A DNA stretch of 63,677 nt, filler included, from Fonticula-like sp. SCN 57-25 (Eukaryota): the NCBI GenBank assembly GCA_001724245.1. It is 9 parts of 9 records of this genome, joined end to end, with 100 filler letters (N's around TTAATTAATTAA, not from the genome) between each part and the next. Parts side by side here need not be neighbours in the genome. Positions count along the whole stretch, not along the records: positions 46,149 to 57,128 come from MEDX01000447.1; positions 57,229 to 63,677 come from MEDX01000448.1; 7 more parts are not named here. One strand, written 5' to 3'. Positions within the stretch are counted from its first letter, which is position 1, and every line of letters begins with the position of its first letter. Positions 49,604 through 61,665 of this stretch are shown here, piece after piece. Below the pieces are notes generated by a model. That model saw only the letters and a program-made list of their open reading frames with translations. It had not been told where the DNA came from and did no database searches. Made by a program: the position numbers and the translations under genes.

Positions 49604-52416
49604 TTAATAAATATCAGGGAGAACACGGCCAGCAAAGTGCTTCTCACGGGCTTCCCAGTAGCCTCCGCTGTAGACCCACTCGCCTTTGCCCATGGTAAAC
49701 CACGTGGGCGTCCAGTCGGCGCCATTGTTCTTCTCCTCGAGCGCCTTCCTGGCGGCGCGCTGCTTCTCCTCGAGCCGGATCTTTTCTGCCTCGGCACCAG
49801 CGGCATCGCCGTTCTCGAGAAGGCGCTGATCGGGGCGCAGGCGCGAATCGGTGCGCGGCAAAAAGCCCTTCAGATCATCGGTCACCTCGTTGAGCTCGAT
49901 GGCAAACTGGGTGAAACCGTATTGCATCGCCGCGTCCGGCAGAGGCGGGTGCGCTCTCCAAACGTACTACGGGCCGGTGATCAGAATCGGACGTCGCGAT
50001 TGTGCACATGTGGCGTACCTGGAACTTGTCATTCTCAAGCTGGAGAAGAATCTCCTCGTGCCAGCGACCGGTCAGGGACCGAAGCCGCTTGCCGCTAGGG
50101 AAGCAGGGGTAAGTTGGGGGAACATAAAAGCATAAAAAGGCACGAACCTCGCGTTCGTGAGGGTTCCGGACACCTCGTTCATGTTGCTGCTAAAGTATCC
50201 AGTCTCCTTAAATTCCATCTTGCACGTGTATCCCGTGGTGTGATTCTTGACAATCATGTCGCCATAGTGCTCGAGGTACTTGCCATCGGAAAAGATGTTT
50301 CTCATGCACGTCACCACCTTGTTCCACGTGTAAGTTTCGGATCCGCCTCCGTTGATCTTGAGGACGAGATGAACGGTACCGTCGTTGGTGACCTCCATCG
50401 ACTTGCCCCAGAACTTGCTCTTGGGCCGCATGTCCTGGAAGAGGGTAAAGCTCTCCGATTCGCAGTGGCTGGCGATGATTGCGGGGTGGTGGCAAACCTT
50501 CTCGCTGATGAACCGGAACCCTTTGTCGGGCCGGACGCACTCGTACGTTTCGCCGAGAAGCGGGTTAAACGGCTTGCGCGACGGGCGGTTCAGGGTGCGC
50601 GCATACGCCGACACGGCAAATGCAGCCACGTACGTGAGGCGGTCCTCGACGATGCTCTGCTTGCTGGCAGTGTCAAGCAGCTCGCTGTACTCAAGCTCCT
50701 CGCAGAGGTGCTGGAGCATGCTGAGCGGCTCGTTGAGCGTCACGGGCATTGACACGCGCGACAGGTCCTTGCCCATGTTCTTGCGCAGCAGCGAAAAGAG
50801 GTTCAGGTCGCTCGTGACCGGCGGCGCCGGGAGCCGCGAGCGCCGGACGACAAACATCTGCGAAACCGAATGCGCAAGCGAGCCTGCTGCGACGGCCTCT
50901 GGCGGCGGCAAAGGAATGGCAGCTGCGCTTCCGCGCGGGGACGCCGGCGCGCTCTTTACGGAGGCTGCAAGTCGCGACGTGGGCGGTGTGACAGACCGCG
51001 ACGACGGCTCCGAAGTGCTGCCCGCCTCCTCTCCGTCCGTCAGGGCGTCTTCGTCCGAGTCGTCCTCCACGACAACATCCTCTTCCGACTCCTCCTCGTC
51101 CTCCATGCGGTGCATGCTGCCGGTCTGCTCCTCGTCGTCGAGGATCATCTCTGGCGCGTCAAAGAACTGCTCGTCCGAAAACACCGACGACGATACAGAA
51201 AGGAGCGAGTTGGTCCGGCGGTGCTTTCCACGCACGCCTGCCACGGCCGGGTGCACAGGCGCGCTGCGGCGGCCAAGCCGATCGTCGGCCTCGGCCGATT
51301 TCGCGTGAGACTGCAACAGGCGGAAGCAGACACTCAACTCGTTGTAAATGTCCTGCATGTTGGACAGCATGGCTGCATCGCTCGCTGCGAAAGGGGTACG
51401 TTCAGCATCAAAACGGCCAAAAAAGCAAGTGGGCAGCGTACGCGGTGCGGCGGCCGATGTAGACTTTTTCCTCACGCTTGCCCCGCTTCCACCGCCTGCG
51501 GTGTGGTTGGTCGAGCCCGAGCTGCCTGACGTTGGAATCGCTGAACCGGCGGTCAGCGCGGTCGATGCCGACCGGGAGAGGGTAAGCGCAAGACTGTCCA
51601 TGTCGACCTGGATCTTGGCAAGGCGCGACTTTGCCTCGCCCAGCGCGTCATTCTCGGACCCGCCGGCACGCTCGATGCGGCGGTGGTACGCGATCTGCTG
51701 GTACTTGCGGATACCCTCAAGCCACCGCTCGAGATCGGCCGCATTCATGGCTAATAGACAAAGAGCGCAGGTTTAGCAATGGCAGCAAACGAGTAACAGT
51801 GTAAATGAACCTTTCAAGTGGAACAGTGTCTGTCCATTGTCAACGTTGAGCTCCCGCGCGCGAACGCTCACCGCAACCGTCGCCTTGGTCACGTCGATCG
51901 TCCCGCGGCAGTAGCTGTTTGGGTTCTTAAAGTAGCTTAGCTGGCCGTTCAAAAGCGTGCACCAGCGTCGCGAGTAGGCCGGCTGAAGGCCTCGGACCTT
52001 CTTGCGCTTGAGAAGCCAGCCCGAGATCTCTGGGGCGGGCTCCACCTGCTTGTCATCCTTCACATCCGCAAAGTAGGTAACGCGCTTGGAAGTCAGCTTA
52101 GAGTATGTGTTGTCAAAAATCAAAACATAGGTGCCGGGCTTGTCCACGCGCAGAGACCCTTTCACAGCCATCCGATGCGAGTCATATCGCTTCACAGGCA
52201 CAACTTCAACAATGCTCAGATCGTCTTCGCCTTCGCGAAGGCCGACGCCAAAGGCAATGTCCTGGCAAGCAACCGTCAATATGCGGAACCGCCTGGAAAG
52301 ACCAAAGCGCGTACATTCTTCACAGTAGAAAAGCTCCAGGTTAGGTTCAGCCCTGCGCGCTCAACGACAACGGGTTGGCGACGAAGTGACCGCTTCGGGA
52401 CTTCAATCCACTGCAT
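49604..52416 (-). CDS. OSH3: Oxysterol-binding protein-related, Osh3 type (GOLD + PH + FFAT + ORD), multi-exon
   Basis: GOLD PGTYVLIFDNTYSKLTSK; PH GWLLKRKK; FFAT DEQFFDAPE; ORD GKDLSRVSMPVTLNEP, KPFNPLLGETYE, EKVCHHP, TDSRLRPDQR. Confidence 0.92.
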
Positions 52417-52780
52417 CGAGGCCAGCGACTACCAAGGACTTGCGTGGCTTGTTAGAAGACGAGTTCGGGTAGCGTCAGGCACTTCTTTGGTGGCTTGGGA
52501 CTCGCTATACTGCCGTTTGTCTGCTCAATAGGTCACACGTATCACCCTTGCAAATTTGGTATGAGGTCACACCGAAGTCAGGCCACTGTGATGATTGCAT
52601 TGCAGTTTGCACCGTCATCTTGGTATGCGAACAATGACCGCGGCGTTTTGGCGTAAGTATATATGTGGAAAGGAGGAATCAGTGTAGTGTGCTGCATTGC
52701 AAAGTAGCAGGACATAAAGTACAAAATGCTTGAAACAGGTACATCAATAACAGTGTGTTTACGAAGTTGGAATGAAAAGT

Positions 52781-54832
52781 CTAAGCGAGCAGTGTCTTGG
52801 CAGCGGCCGCAATCTTTAGTCGATTAGCGTGCATCGCACTGTGGAATGCATGATGCTCAGTGCTGGCTGCAAAGAGTGGCCAGAGCGGCGACGGCGACTC
52901 GAACTGTTTGGGAACCGGTGCCGATTCAGCGGTTGCCTCCTGCTCTGCCGGACTGTCTACATCGGGCCCGCGCGACCACTCGAGCGGAAAGATGACCGGG
53001 TCGTTGGCCGGCTTCGCCGGGATTGATGTTGGCGAGTTGCTCTTGGGGGACGCAGCAGCGGCTTGCGCCGCGTTGTCCACTTCCTGGAGAGCCGACGTGA
53101 GAGCTGCCAGCAGTGTCTGGAGTGAGCGCTGCACCAGCGTGATCCGCGTGGTGTTGCGGCCAATGTCGACGGACGGGTTGGTCGGACTCTCGAGGCAGAG
53201 CAGAAAAGGGCGCGTGGGGTCCGGCTCAAACGGCGACGTCTCCTTGAAAAAAAACATACCGTTCTCTCGCACCGAGATTCCATGCCTCATGTAATCAAAC
53301 TGATGACCGTAGAGCACAAGGAAGCGCAGGAGCGCCTGCGTGAGGGACGGCGTCGCGGCGACAAGAGGCGGCGACGGCGAAGAAATCATTGTCGTTTTAG
53401 GGGAGGAGAGCGCAGAGATCGACAGCGATTGAAGGCCAAGAATCGAGCTGCTGACGTCTTTTGAGCTCGCGTCCGCGCCTGCAGACTCCTCCTTGGAGAA
53501 CACCAGTGACGAGGGCGACGTCGGCGAAGGATGCGCCAGCGTCGGCGAGGACGCCTTTGCAGCCATGGCCGCATACGAGCGTGTGACGTTCGTCGACACA
53601 GCGGGCGTGGTTGGCGTCGGCCCGTGATACGGCGTCAGTGATGCTGTAGCAGACGCTGAGGAAGTTTTGCGGCGCATCGCAGGTTTGGCATTCGGGGGCG
53701 AGAGGGACATTGGCGGAGACGAAGACGAGATACTCAACGCGGACAACGACGGCGTGACCGGCGAGGATGCCTCGGGCATGAGCGGCGGCGACTGGTCCTT
53801 CGACGCGGTCCTGCGAACGCCGCCCGTCGCGAACTCGGTGGTCGCAGGCACCAGTGGGGGGGACATCTTCAGTGATGCCCTGCGAGCCGCAACCACTCCG
53901 CCCTTGCCCGCCTGCAAATCCTCGGCCGACTCGCTACCTCGTCCTTGTGGTGCGCGATGCAGCTGCGGATTAAATGCAAGAAGAGATGCGTAGGGAATGT
54001 GAATGCTTGTCATCGGCGTCGGCACCATTGGGACGAACGTCATCGGCGCGAGCTGCCCATCCAGTCCGGGGGCACCCGCCAGCACAAGTGTTTGCGTGTT
54101 CAGCGGGCGCGTCAATGCGTGCGCGCGCTGCATAGCCGAGCAAAGCGCGTCATTCTGAAGGTGCCGAATGGCCATGCATAAAAGAGGAAACGCGCCCATG
54201 CCGCCGAGGTTGCGGTCGTTCAGGCCATTCACGGCAATCCAATACTTTAGCAGCAAAAGCATCCGGCGAAGAACCGGAAAAGACTGCAGAGAACTCTGTG
54301 TAAATTCCACGCCCGCTTGCGCTTCGCCATAGTGACGACTAATGTCGACGGAAAGCCCCGTCAGCGTGTGCCGTAGCTTGACTAGCGGAACACGAGCCTG
54401 TGGCAGCACGCGAACATCCGACGCCCAGGATGTCTTTTCTAATGCAGCCGCCAACAGATGGAGTTCTTCTACGCCGGCATCCACGGCGGGTGTAGCACCG
54501 GCGGCGGAAGAGGTGGCCGCAGAAGTAGCTCCGGATGCGGACGCCTGGGTTGGCGAAGGAGCTGTTTGCGCGGTCCCTGACGAATGCACTTGAAGAACAA
54601 TATCAATGTCCGACAGAGGGAGAAACAGGTCCGTTCGTTGACTCCCGTACAAATCTACGCTTCGCCCAGGAAAAATTTCTCCAACAACTGCCGCTACTTG
54701 GTCTACTACGTGCTGGCGTACCGCACGCTCTTCATCGGTCGGTGAGAGGTACAAAAGAAACCGATCGAGGTATTCGTCAAGCGTAGCTCCATGCTGCTGG
54801 ACAAGACGACCAAGCGATGCCGACGGCTGCAT
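52781..54832 (-). CDS. Non-canonical poly(A) polymerase (Trf4/Cid14/TENT4-like), intronless ORF
   Basis: YGS..TDLFLPLSDIDIV, ARVPLVKL, VDIS, GGMGAF, LLRFLVLYG..FDY, LCLESP...DIGR. Confidence 0.88.
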   Translation of the reverse strand: MQPSASLGRLVQQHGATLDEYLDRFLLYLSPTDEERAVRQHVVDQVAAVVGEIFPGRSVDLYGSQRTDLFLPLSDIDIVLQVHSSGTAQTAPSPTQASASGATSAATSSAAGATPAVDAGVEELHLLAAALEKTSWASDVRVLPQARVPLVKLRHTLTGLSVDISRHYGEAQAGVEFTQSSLQSFPVLRRMLLLLKYWIAVNGLNDRNLGGMGAFPLLCMAIRHLQNDALCSAMQRAHALTRPLNTQTLVLAGAPGLDGQLAPMTFVPMVPTPMTSIHIPYASLLAFNPQLHRAPQGRGSESAEDLQAGKGGVVAARRASLKMSPPLVPATTEFATGGVRRTASKDQSPPLMPEASSPVTPSLSALSISSSSPPMSLSPPNAKPAMRRKTSSASATASLTPYHGPTPTTPAVSTNVTRSYAAMAAKASSPTLAHPSPTSPSSLVFSKEESAGADASSKDVSSSILGLQSLSISALSSPKTTMISSPSPPLVAATPSLTQALLRFLVLYGHQFDYMRHGISVRENGMFFFKETSPFEPDPTRPFLLCLESPTNPSVDIGRNTTRITLVQRSLQTLLAALTSALQEVDNAAQAAAASPKSNSPTSIPAKPANDPVIFPLEWSRGPDVDSPAEQEATAESAPVPKQFESPSPLWPLFAASTEHHAFHSAMHANRLKIAAAAKTLLA

Positions 54833-55530
54833 GTGAAGATACCGACGCGGCTACAAGGGCGGTCGCGCGAGGGATGACAACGCTATTTCGCAGGGACCGA
54901 AGCGAAATCGACAGGGTATGACTGCGACTCGGCTGCTGTAGAAATCGTGCCGTGCAGAGCAGGCGACAGAGTCACTCCGCAACCACACGCGTCTATAAAG
55001 AGATAATGGAAAGCGTGCTCTCACGCCTGACCCGTTAACACACTCCTGTACGTTTTGACACGGCCGCGACGCCCTGACCTAGCATACAACAACACCAACA
55101 ATCACGGGATTGATAGCGACACAAATATACCGACGCATGAAGCAGTTAAAACATGTGCTGTAACCGTAGGTACACCGCTCAAGCACCGCAATGAGAGAAC
55201 CGTGGGGGACCGGCGACGCTGTTTTTCCGGCGGAGTAATGTGTTCAAACCGTCCCTCTGGCAGCCAGGTCTGCTCGGCGGGTCGTTCTCCAAATCCCCGG
55301 CGGGGCTATCGGACCATGCGTTGGAGATTTTCACGGACGAAAATGCCAGCACACCAAGTACGCGCACGGATGCAAACGCGCCCGAGCACTGCCTTGACTA
55401 CTGCTTACTGCGATGCTCCAGCGTGCTCTGTGGCGAATGCTGGGTTTCCCCGCAACCCGTGGACCTGCGCAACGCGTCGGACCTCGACCCCCAAGGTTTC
55501 ACAGTCCATGTTCTCCCACACACCGACTGC

Positions 55531-56760
55531 TTAACCGTTGGTCTCGGCCCTCGGCCAGCGGATGTAGCGCAAGCGCCACGGCTCCTTAAACAAGTCCCCT
55601 TTCGTCTTGAGCTCGTAGCCGAGGTTTTTGAGACTCTCGCGAGTCTCCTTGGCAATGTCGGCTAGGCGCTTTGAGCCAACCTTAAAAATGGTCTGGTCGC
55701 AGCGGCTGCAATACGGCATGTTGTCGTTCGGGTCATACAGATCGCAGAGGAAGCGATCGTGCGTGGCACGCAGCGAATCGCCCAGAATTGCGAGCCCGTT
55801 GCCCTTTGCGGTGGGAGGTGGCGCTTCAGCGTTATGGTAGGCTGGAGCGACTCGCGACAACTCAACGAGGCACTTTGCGTTGCACGTCGTCTTTGTTGTG
55901 GCGTAAGAGGTGACGATGTCTCTGCACAGCTCATCAGGGCTACCCGTTGGGGCGTTTCCTGGGTCGTGCAGGTAGCGTGCCATCTAATGTTGGCAGGCTG
56001 CCAAGCAGGAAAACAAGCGCAGTCATTTGCGTGAGAATCCAACCTCGAGCATGACTGTCTGTGGTGTACACAATACAATATACTCGGCCGTCAAATATAA
56101 TAAGTCTCGCCTCAGTGCTGACATAGTTCGGACATGTGCGGAGCGTGTCCAGCTTGTATTGTGCAGCAAAGAGAAGTACACCTGTGCACAGGCAAATTCC
56201 ACGCTATTCAAACGGTTTGACCAGTCAGAAATACGCTGTGAGGCGCGTGCGTTGTCCTGTTGGCGTGCCAGCTGTAGTGTGATGTTGGTCCTCCACGCGA
56301 ACGTCCTAATAAACCCAGCACGTGTGTGCGCGTAAACTGCCAGCGACGGTGTTGCCTCGATCGAGCGAGGGGCGTCGTTGGGCCGATGGTTGATCATCGA
56401 GGAATCGGTCGGTGTGTGTCTTAGTGTGCGTGCGACGAGACGAGACGAGTGCTACTACTTTAACGGGAGCTGCGCACGGTAGAGGAGGACGTGGAACGTG
56501 TGGGGGTGGGGTGGGGGCATCCCTGGCAGAAGGGTTGCGTGTCTGGGCCGACGGTTGACCGTGAAGGGATCGGACGGCGACTCCTGTTGACCGTCTGTCG
56601 TGGGTGCTCGCATCTCCGCGAATACTTGTCGTAGAGCAATGATTCACAGTGCGTTCGAGAGCTCGTGACGAGGCGAGTCGAATGATGCCACTCGCGGAGG
56701 TGCTGCGCGAGAAGTCGGAGGGCGCGGCCCGTGCAGGGGTGGTAGAGGTAATTATTCCTG
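55531..56760 (-). CDS. Orphan multi-exon gene; boundaries uncertain
   Basis: Successive minus-strand ORFs (56306-56647, 56023-56397, 55531-55983) with a plausible GT...AG join at about 55984-56043; Cys pairs in the last exon. Confidence 0.4.
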
Positions 56761-57228
56761 ACAGGGCCGTGAGGGGGAGGGGAGGGTCGGTGCGGCCGCG
56801 GGTAAGTGCCGTTCCTTAAATTATCCTTTCATTTCCTAGTAGTATATTCGCCAAAAAGGTGGTAGAAGTCGTAAATGCTATCAATCGATTGGCTTGGCCG
56901 TGTGATGATGGAGGAGTTTAGATGTTGTTGAGGTTGTAGAGGTTTATTCTCAATGCAGTAGAGGAACACGAAGAATAGGAAGAACACAAAGAACAACACA
57001 TGTCCACGAAAGCTACAATATTTATACTAGGGAATTACGTAATAGAGAGAAAGGGATGGAATAGTCTAGAATGATGGAGAGCCGGTCTGAAGCAGTGTCG
57101 ATGACAGGTGACAGAGCGGAAGCTGACTNNNNNNNNNNNNNNNNNNNNNNNNNNNNNNNNNNNNNNNNNNNNTTAATTAATTAANNNNNNNNNNNNNNNN
57201 NNNNNNNNNNNNNNNNNNNNNNNNNNNN

Positions 57229-57580
57229 AGCTACAATCGAGCGAAAGCATGTGAGAAAACCCTCTAAAACTGCGGTAACACTTTGGCGGGCCGACACGAG
57301 GCGCAGCGCCGCCGTAAGGTGCTCAGAGTGACCGTGAGGACCACGCGCAGTGACTGAGGGTATTGCCGTCGTGCAACTTTGCCGCCACGCCGACAACGCC
57401 AAGTCATCTCTGCTGCCGGCGACCCCCCGCGATTCCCAGGCAACGGGGGATCACGCTGCCACTTTTTTTGCCTATTTCGCTGCCCTTTTCGACTTGCAAC
57501 CGTGTGCCTTGCACTGTAATGCAGTGATTGAAAGCATTCTCTTTCGATGCTCGCGCTTCTATGACGTGTATTGTGGATGA
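57229..57580 (+). CDS. Possible 3' fragment of an unidentified gene
   Basis: Open frames from the contig edge with a GTAAG donor near 57313; stop at 57580. Confidence 0.3.
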
Positions 57581-58590
57581 ATATGTGGATTGATATATAG
57601 GACATAGGACATGGCATACAAGGGAGCGGCTACACCGAGTGTGAACACGATCCATGGCTCAACAAAAGCAAGGGGCAAAGAGGAGCAACATGCCGTGTGT
57701 ATGAGCGGCTGTAAACACGCTTTTACGACATGCAGCGGCCACGCAGCAAGCCCCACTCCACGGCTGCAGAAACCAAAATCCAAGCAACCACCTTTGACGA
57801 GCAAGTGGCATATTCAAAAAAAAGTCATCAAGCAGCATATGCTTACCCAAAGATGTAGCCACATATATGGGCAATCGGAAAATGCGTTTAAAAGCCATAT
57901 TGGCGGCGCCAAGCGACCGCCAGGCCCCGCGGACGACAGGTGACACCAAAAATCGGCCTCGCCAGGGGCATGCTGACCCCAGCGATCAGATCGAGTCGCA
58001 CCAAGCTCTGTATACCCTCAAACGAAGCCTCTGAATGTGCTTTATGCCATTGCGGTACTGGGCACCCGCACTTGTGCGCCATACATCGACGCCACGGCAA
58101 CAAAGTCGGTGCATCGCCGATCCGTCGACCGCATCGCGAAGGCGATTTGACACGAAAAAGTCGGTCTCGGTACGTCTCAAATTTTGAAATTTACTACAAT
58201 ATGCACCCATGTTTTGCCCAAAAGCAAATAACAATCCTCGTCAAAAATCAATCTGAAATAGGAAATCTATTTTTGAGCATGGATCGGATCGAGACACCTC
58301 CGTGGTCGGGACACCTCCAAGAACGGGACACCAGTGGGAAAAATGAAACAAACGCATATTATTCGAGTTGGAGAATAAAAAAGGGCTCTTATTGTCATCT
58401 TAAATGTGAAGAACAATGCTATAAAACCCCTGTGCGACACAGGAACCCTAAAACCATGCTGAATGCAGGTAGAAAAGAGCTGTGAAAGTTTACAGCGCTC
58501 TTGTTGCCCAATGCCCACGCTTGTCCACAAATAAAATGTTACAAAAGTATCACTCTGTATTATGATATGTTTTACAATGTCAATTTGGCC

Positions 58591-60008
58591 TCAGAGCGCC
58601 GCAGCGACGTGCTTGAGCAGCGGCATGACCTCTGCGCCACAGAACCGCCCGAGCGCCCCCCTGGCCGCCGCAACCTCGTTAAACTGTACAACGCTGTCGC
58701 ATAGGACCCTGTTTTCCGTGGCGCCCTTGATGCTCATGTTGGCGACGGGGCAGAGAACGAACGGCACCGGCTCGCAGCTGTGGTCGCCGTAGATGACGGG
58801 CGAGCTGTGGTCGCCGGTCACGACGACGGCGTAGCGCTGCCCGCCGCTCTCCGGGCGCTCCTCGTCGTGCGCCAGCGCCTCAACGATGGGCGCGACCACC
58901 TGACTGTCGATGCGTGATATCCACTCGACGCGCCGTTCGACCGCGCGGTCGTGCGCCGCATCGTCGACCGCCTTGATGTGCACAAAGCCAAAGTCGTACT
59001 GCCCGCTGGTGATCTCGCGGATCGCGCGATCCGCCTTGGCCGACAGGTTGGTCGCGTAGTCGCCCGTCGCGCCATCCACCTTTAGCACGTCGAGGCCTAT
59101 CGTCGTGCCCAGGCCGGCGATGATGCACGTCGGCGCAATCATAAAGCCACGAAGGCCGTGCAGGTCCTTGAAGGAAGGGACGTCCAGCGCCGCGCCGCAG
59201 CCGCGCAAAAGGACAGCGTTGGCGAGCGGCTTGCCGGCAGACGCGCGCTCGGCGTTGATCGGGTGCGTCGAAAGAATGAGGGACATTTCCGTTGAGAGGG
59301 CGTTCACGAGGCGGCTCGTCATGACAGCTGCAGAGTCAGAGGGGTCGAGCGCGCGACACTCGAGAAGGTGCAGGCTGGGAGGCAAAGGGTCAGAAAGAGG
59401 ATCATTGCAAATACCATGGAAAATAAAGCAAATAAAAGCAGCATACGCCATTACTTCCCTCCCTCGCATGATATGCTATATGACACGTACTTGTCTTTAA
59501 GCGGGTCGGTTCCTGTGATGGCGTCGCTCAAGCCGGGACCTCGTACTCGTACTGCGCAGCGGTGCTCTGTCGCGTACATCACGCTAATTGAATGATCCGG
59601 AAAGTCCTTGAGCTTAAGGCCGTCCAGCGCGGCGCACAGCTCTGGCCCCATGCCCTCAAAGTTTCGATCCGCCCGCCTACTTGTCACGATCCCGGTCACT
59701 CGGTCCATCGTAGCAAAGTTGCTCTTGAACGCAATGTCGCCGGGCTGCATGGACAACCCCGCGCCAATGCTCTCAAAGGCGCCGCGGCCTCTATAGTGCA
59801 CGCGAGGATCGTAGCCAAAAACGCTCATGTGAGCCGTGTCGCTCCCGCACGCGCGGCCGGGCTCCACCGGATCCAAGAGGCCGTTCACGCCGCAAGACGC
59901 GAGATCATCGAGATGAGGGACGGACGCAGCTTGGAGACATGTGCGGTACCCAAGAGAAGGGACAGCAACATCGCCAAGGCCGTCGATCATAATCCACACA
60001 ATACGCAT
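58591..60008 (-). CDS. apgM: Cofactor-independent phosphoglycerate mutase, ApgM/archaeal type, one intron
   Basis: IDGLGD, ACGSDTAHMS, YRGRGAFES, GTDPLKD, NAVLLRG, HIKAVDDAAHD, TGDHSSP, DHSCEPVP. Confidence 0.93.
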
Positions 60009-60488
60009 CCTTGTACGCAACCGGCGGCACGCAGCCGACCACCACCGAACTGGGTGACACACTGCGATCACGTGGCCATATATCAGACTGACGGTCATAC
60101 TGACGGCAGTGCGACGGCCTAAAGTAAGCTGTGCGCAGGTCTTGCCCTCAACCATACATATTCGCACACAGGGGGTATATATTGCCAACTTCCCTATGGA
60201 GTAACTGGGCAGGGTTTATGCGACAAGGAACCGATGTGTTGCCTAAAAGTACGCCTGCTTTTACGTCCGCGTAAGTATTCCAAGCATGAATGGCTTGTCA
60301 ACACTATCCATATCACTCTGCCTACTGAACTGACCGCGGCTGATACTGTGAATGTGTCCCCGTTCAATTCTTTTCTTCTTCCTTCTTCCTTGATCTTTGT
60401 GTTTTCTTTTTCACTTTTCACACAGAACGGCTCGGCAACAAGGGAATAATTATCAACAAGCCCTGCATTGGGAAATAAAGTACATTTC

Positions 60489-60960
60489 TTACTGCTGGTC
60501 AGGGAGGCTGCGGAGGATGTCAGAGTCACCAGCGTCAGTGATGGCGATGACCGAGACGCGGAAGAACTTGCCGCAGGCGGTGCCGAGGTCAATGTTGGCT
60601 GCAGAACAAGAGCGATCAACAACTTGAACCACAAAGAAAAAGAAAAAACGTACTGCCGTTGTACTGGTGCACGCTCGTCTTCGAGAGCATGGCGTAGTAC
60701 TCAAGCTCCGACTTGCGGATCGGCGGGCAGTTGCCCGAGATGATCAGGAGCTTGGCTAATTATCGGAAACGAGATTAGCTACTGCTCGCACTACCACTCC
60801 ATGGACAGGAAAAATAATACGTACACTTGCCCTGGCGAAGCGACTTGAGGGTCGACTGGTAGCCAATGCTGACCTTGCCAGACTTCATGACAAGGTTCAG
60901 GCGCGAGTTGATGGACTCGGCCGACTTCTTCTGCTTCTTGGCAGCAGCGGCAGACGACAT
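60489..60960 (-). CDS. RPL30: 60S ribosomal protein L30 (eL30); two coding introns plus a probable 5'UTR intron (60965-61167)
   Basis: [51 protein letters not shown]. Confidence 0.97.
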
Positions 60961-61665
60961 TCCTCTGCAAGTAAATCAATCAGCAAAATAGTACAATGAA
61001 AACGGGAAAACAGAAAAGCAGAAAAGCAGGAAACTGAGAGAAATAAAAGGGGGAAAACACGGGATGCCAGCCTTTTTCGTGCTCCTTCAGGAAAAAGACA
61101 TCCAAGAGAAAAAGAGGTTTTTGCCTCGCGTGAAACGATCACGAAGAGCAAAACTCCGCTCTCATACTAGCCCTCCTTGCCAGCATCAAGAGGCTCCGTA
61201 GACAAAAGGTGAAGATAATAGAAAAAAGGGAACTATAGCTGGGGAAAGGCGGGCATTTCCGCGGACGTACACGGTGTTCGAGGCACGCGGGCGGAGGGCG
61301 AAAAGGGAAAGAGTTTTCGGCCCCAAGGACGACTTTAGTCTTCATCGAAATGATGATTCTGAGACGATTTCCATATATATATATCACATATTATTCAATC
61401 ATACACAAAATGTCTCAAAAACTATTTATGCCCCTCAAGTAAAAGTCGGTTTGGGACGGACGTTTTGGATGCGCCCAGCCGGCCGCGCATCCGCGACAGC
61501 CATCCGGTCACCTATATGCATCGACCGCCGGAGTGCCTGCATCCATGCACTAAGATGCTACCATCCGATAGAGGATGACAAACTTCATCAATGACCATTC
61601 AAATTGTTTGCGAATGCAAGAGGATTGGGGCAAAAACGATGATGGTTGCCACCCCGTCATATCAC

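Noticed and set aside
57600-58560. About 1 kb gene-poor stretch as a transposon remnant or ncRNA
   Set aside because: No terminal repeats, transposase motifs or known RNA signatures were visible; left unannotated.
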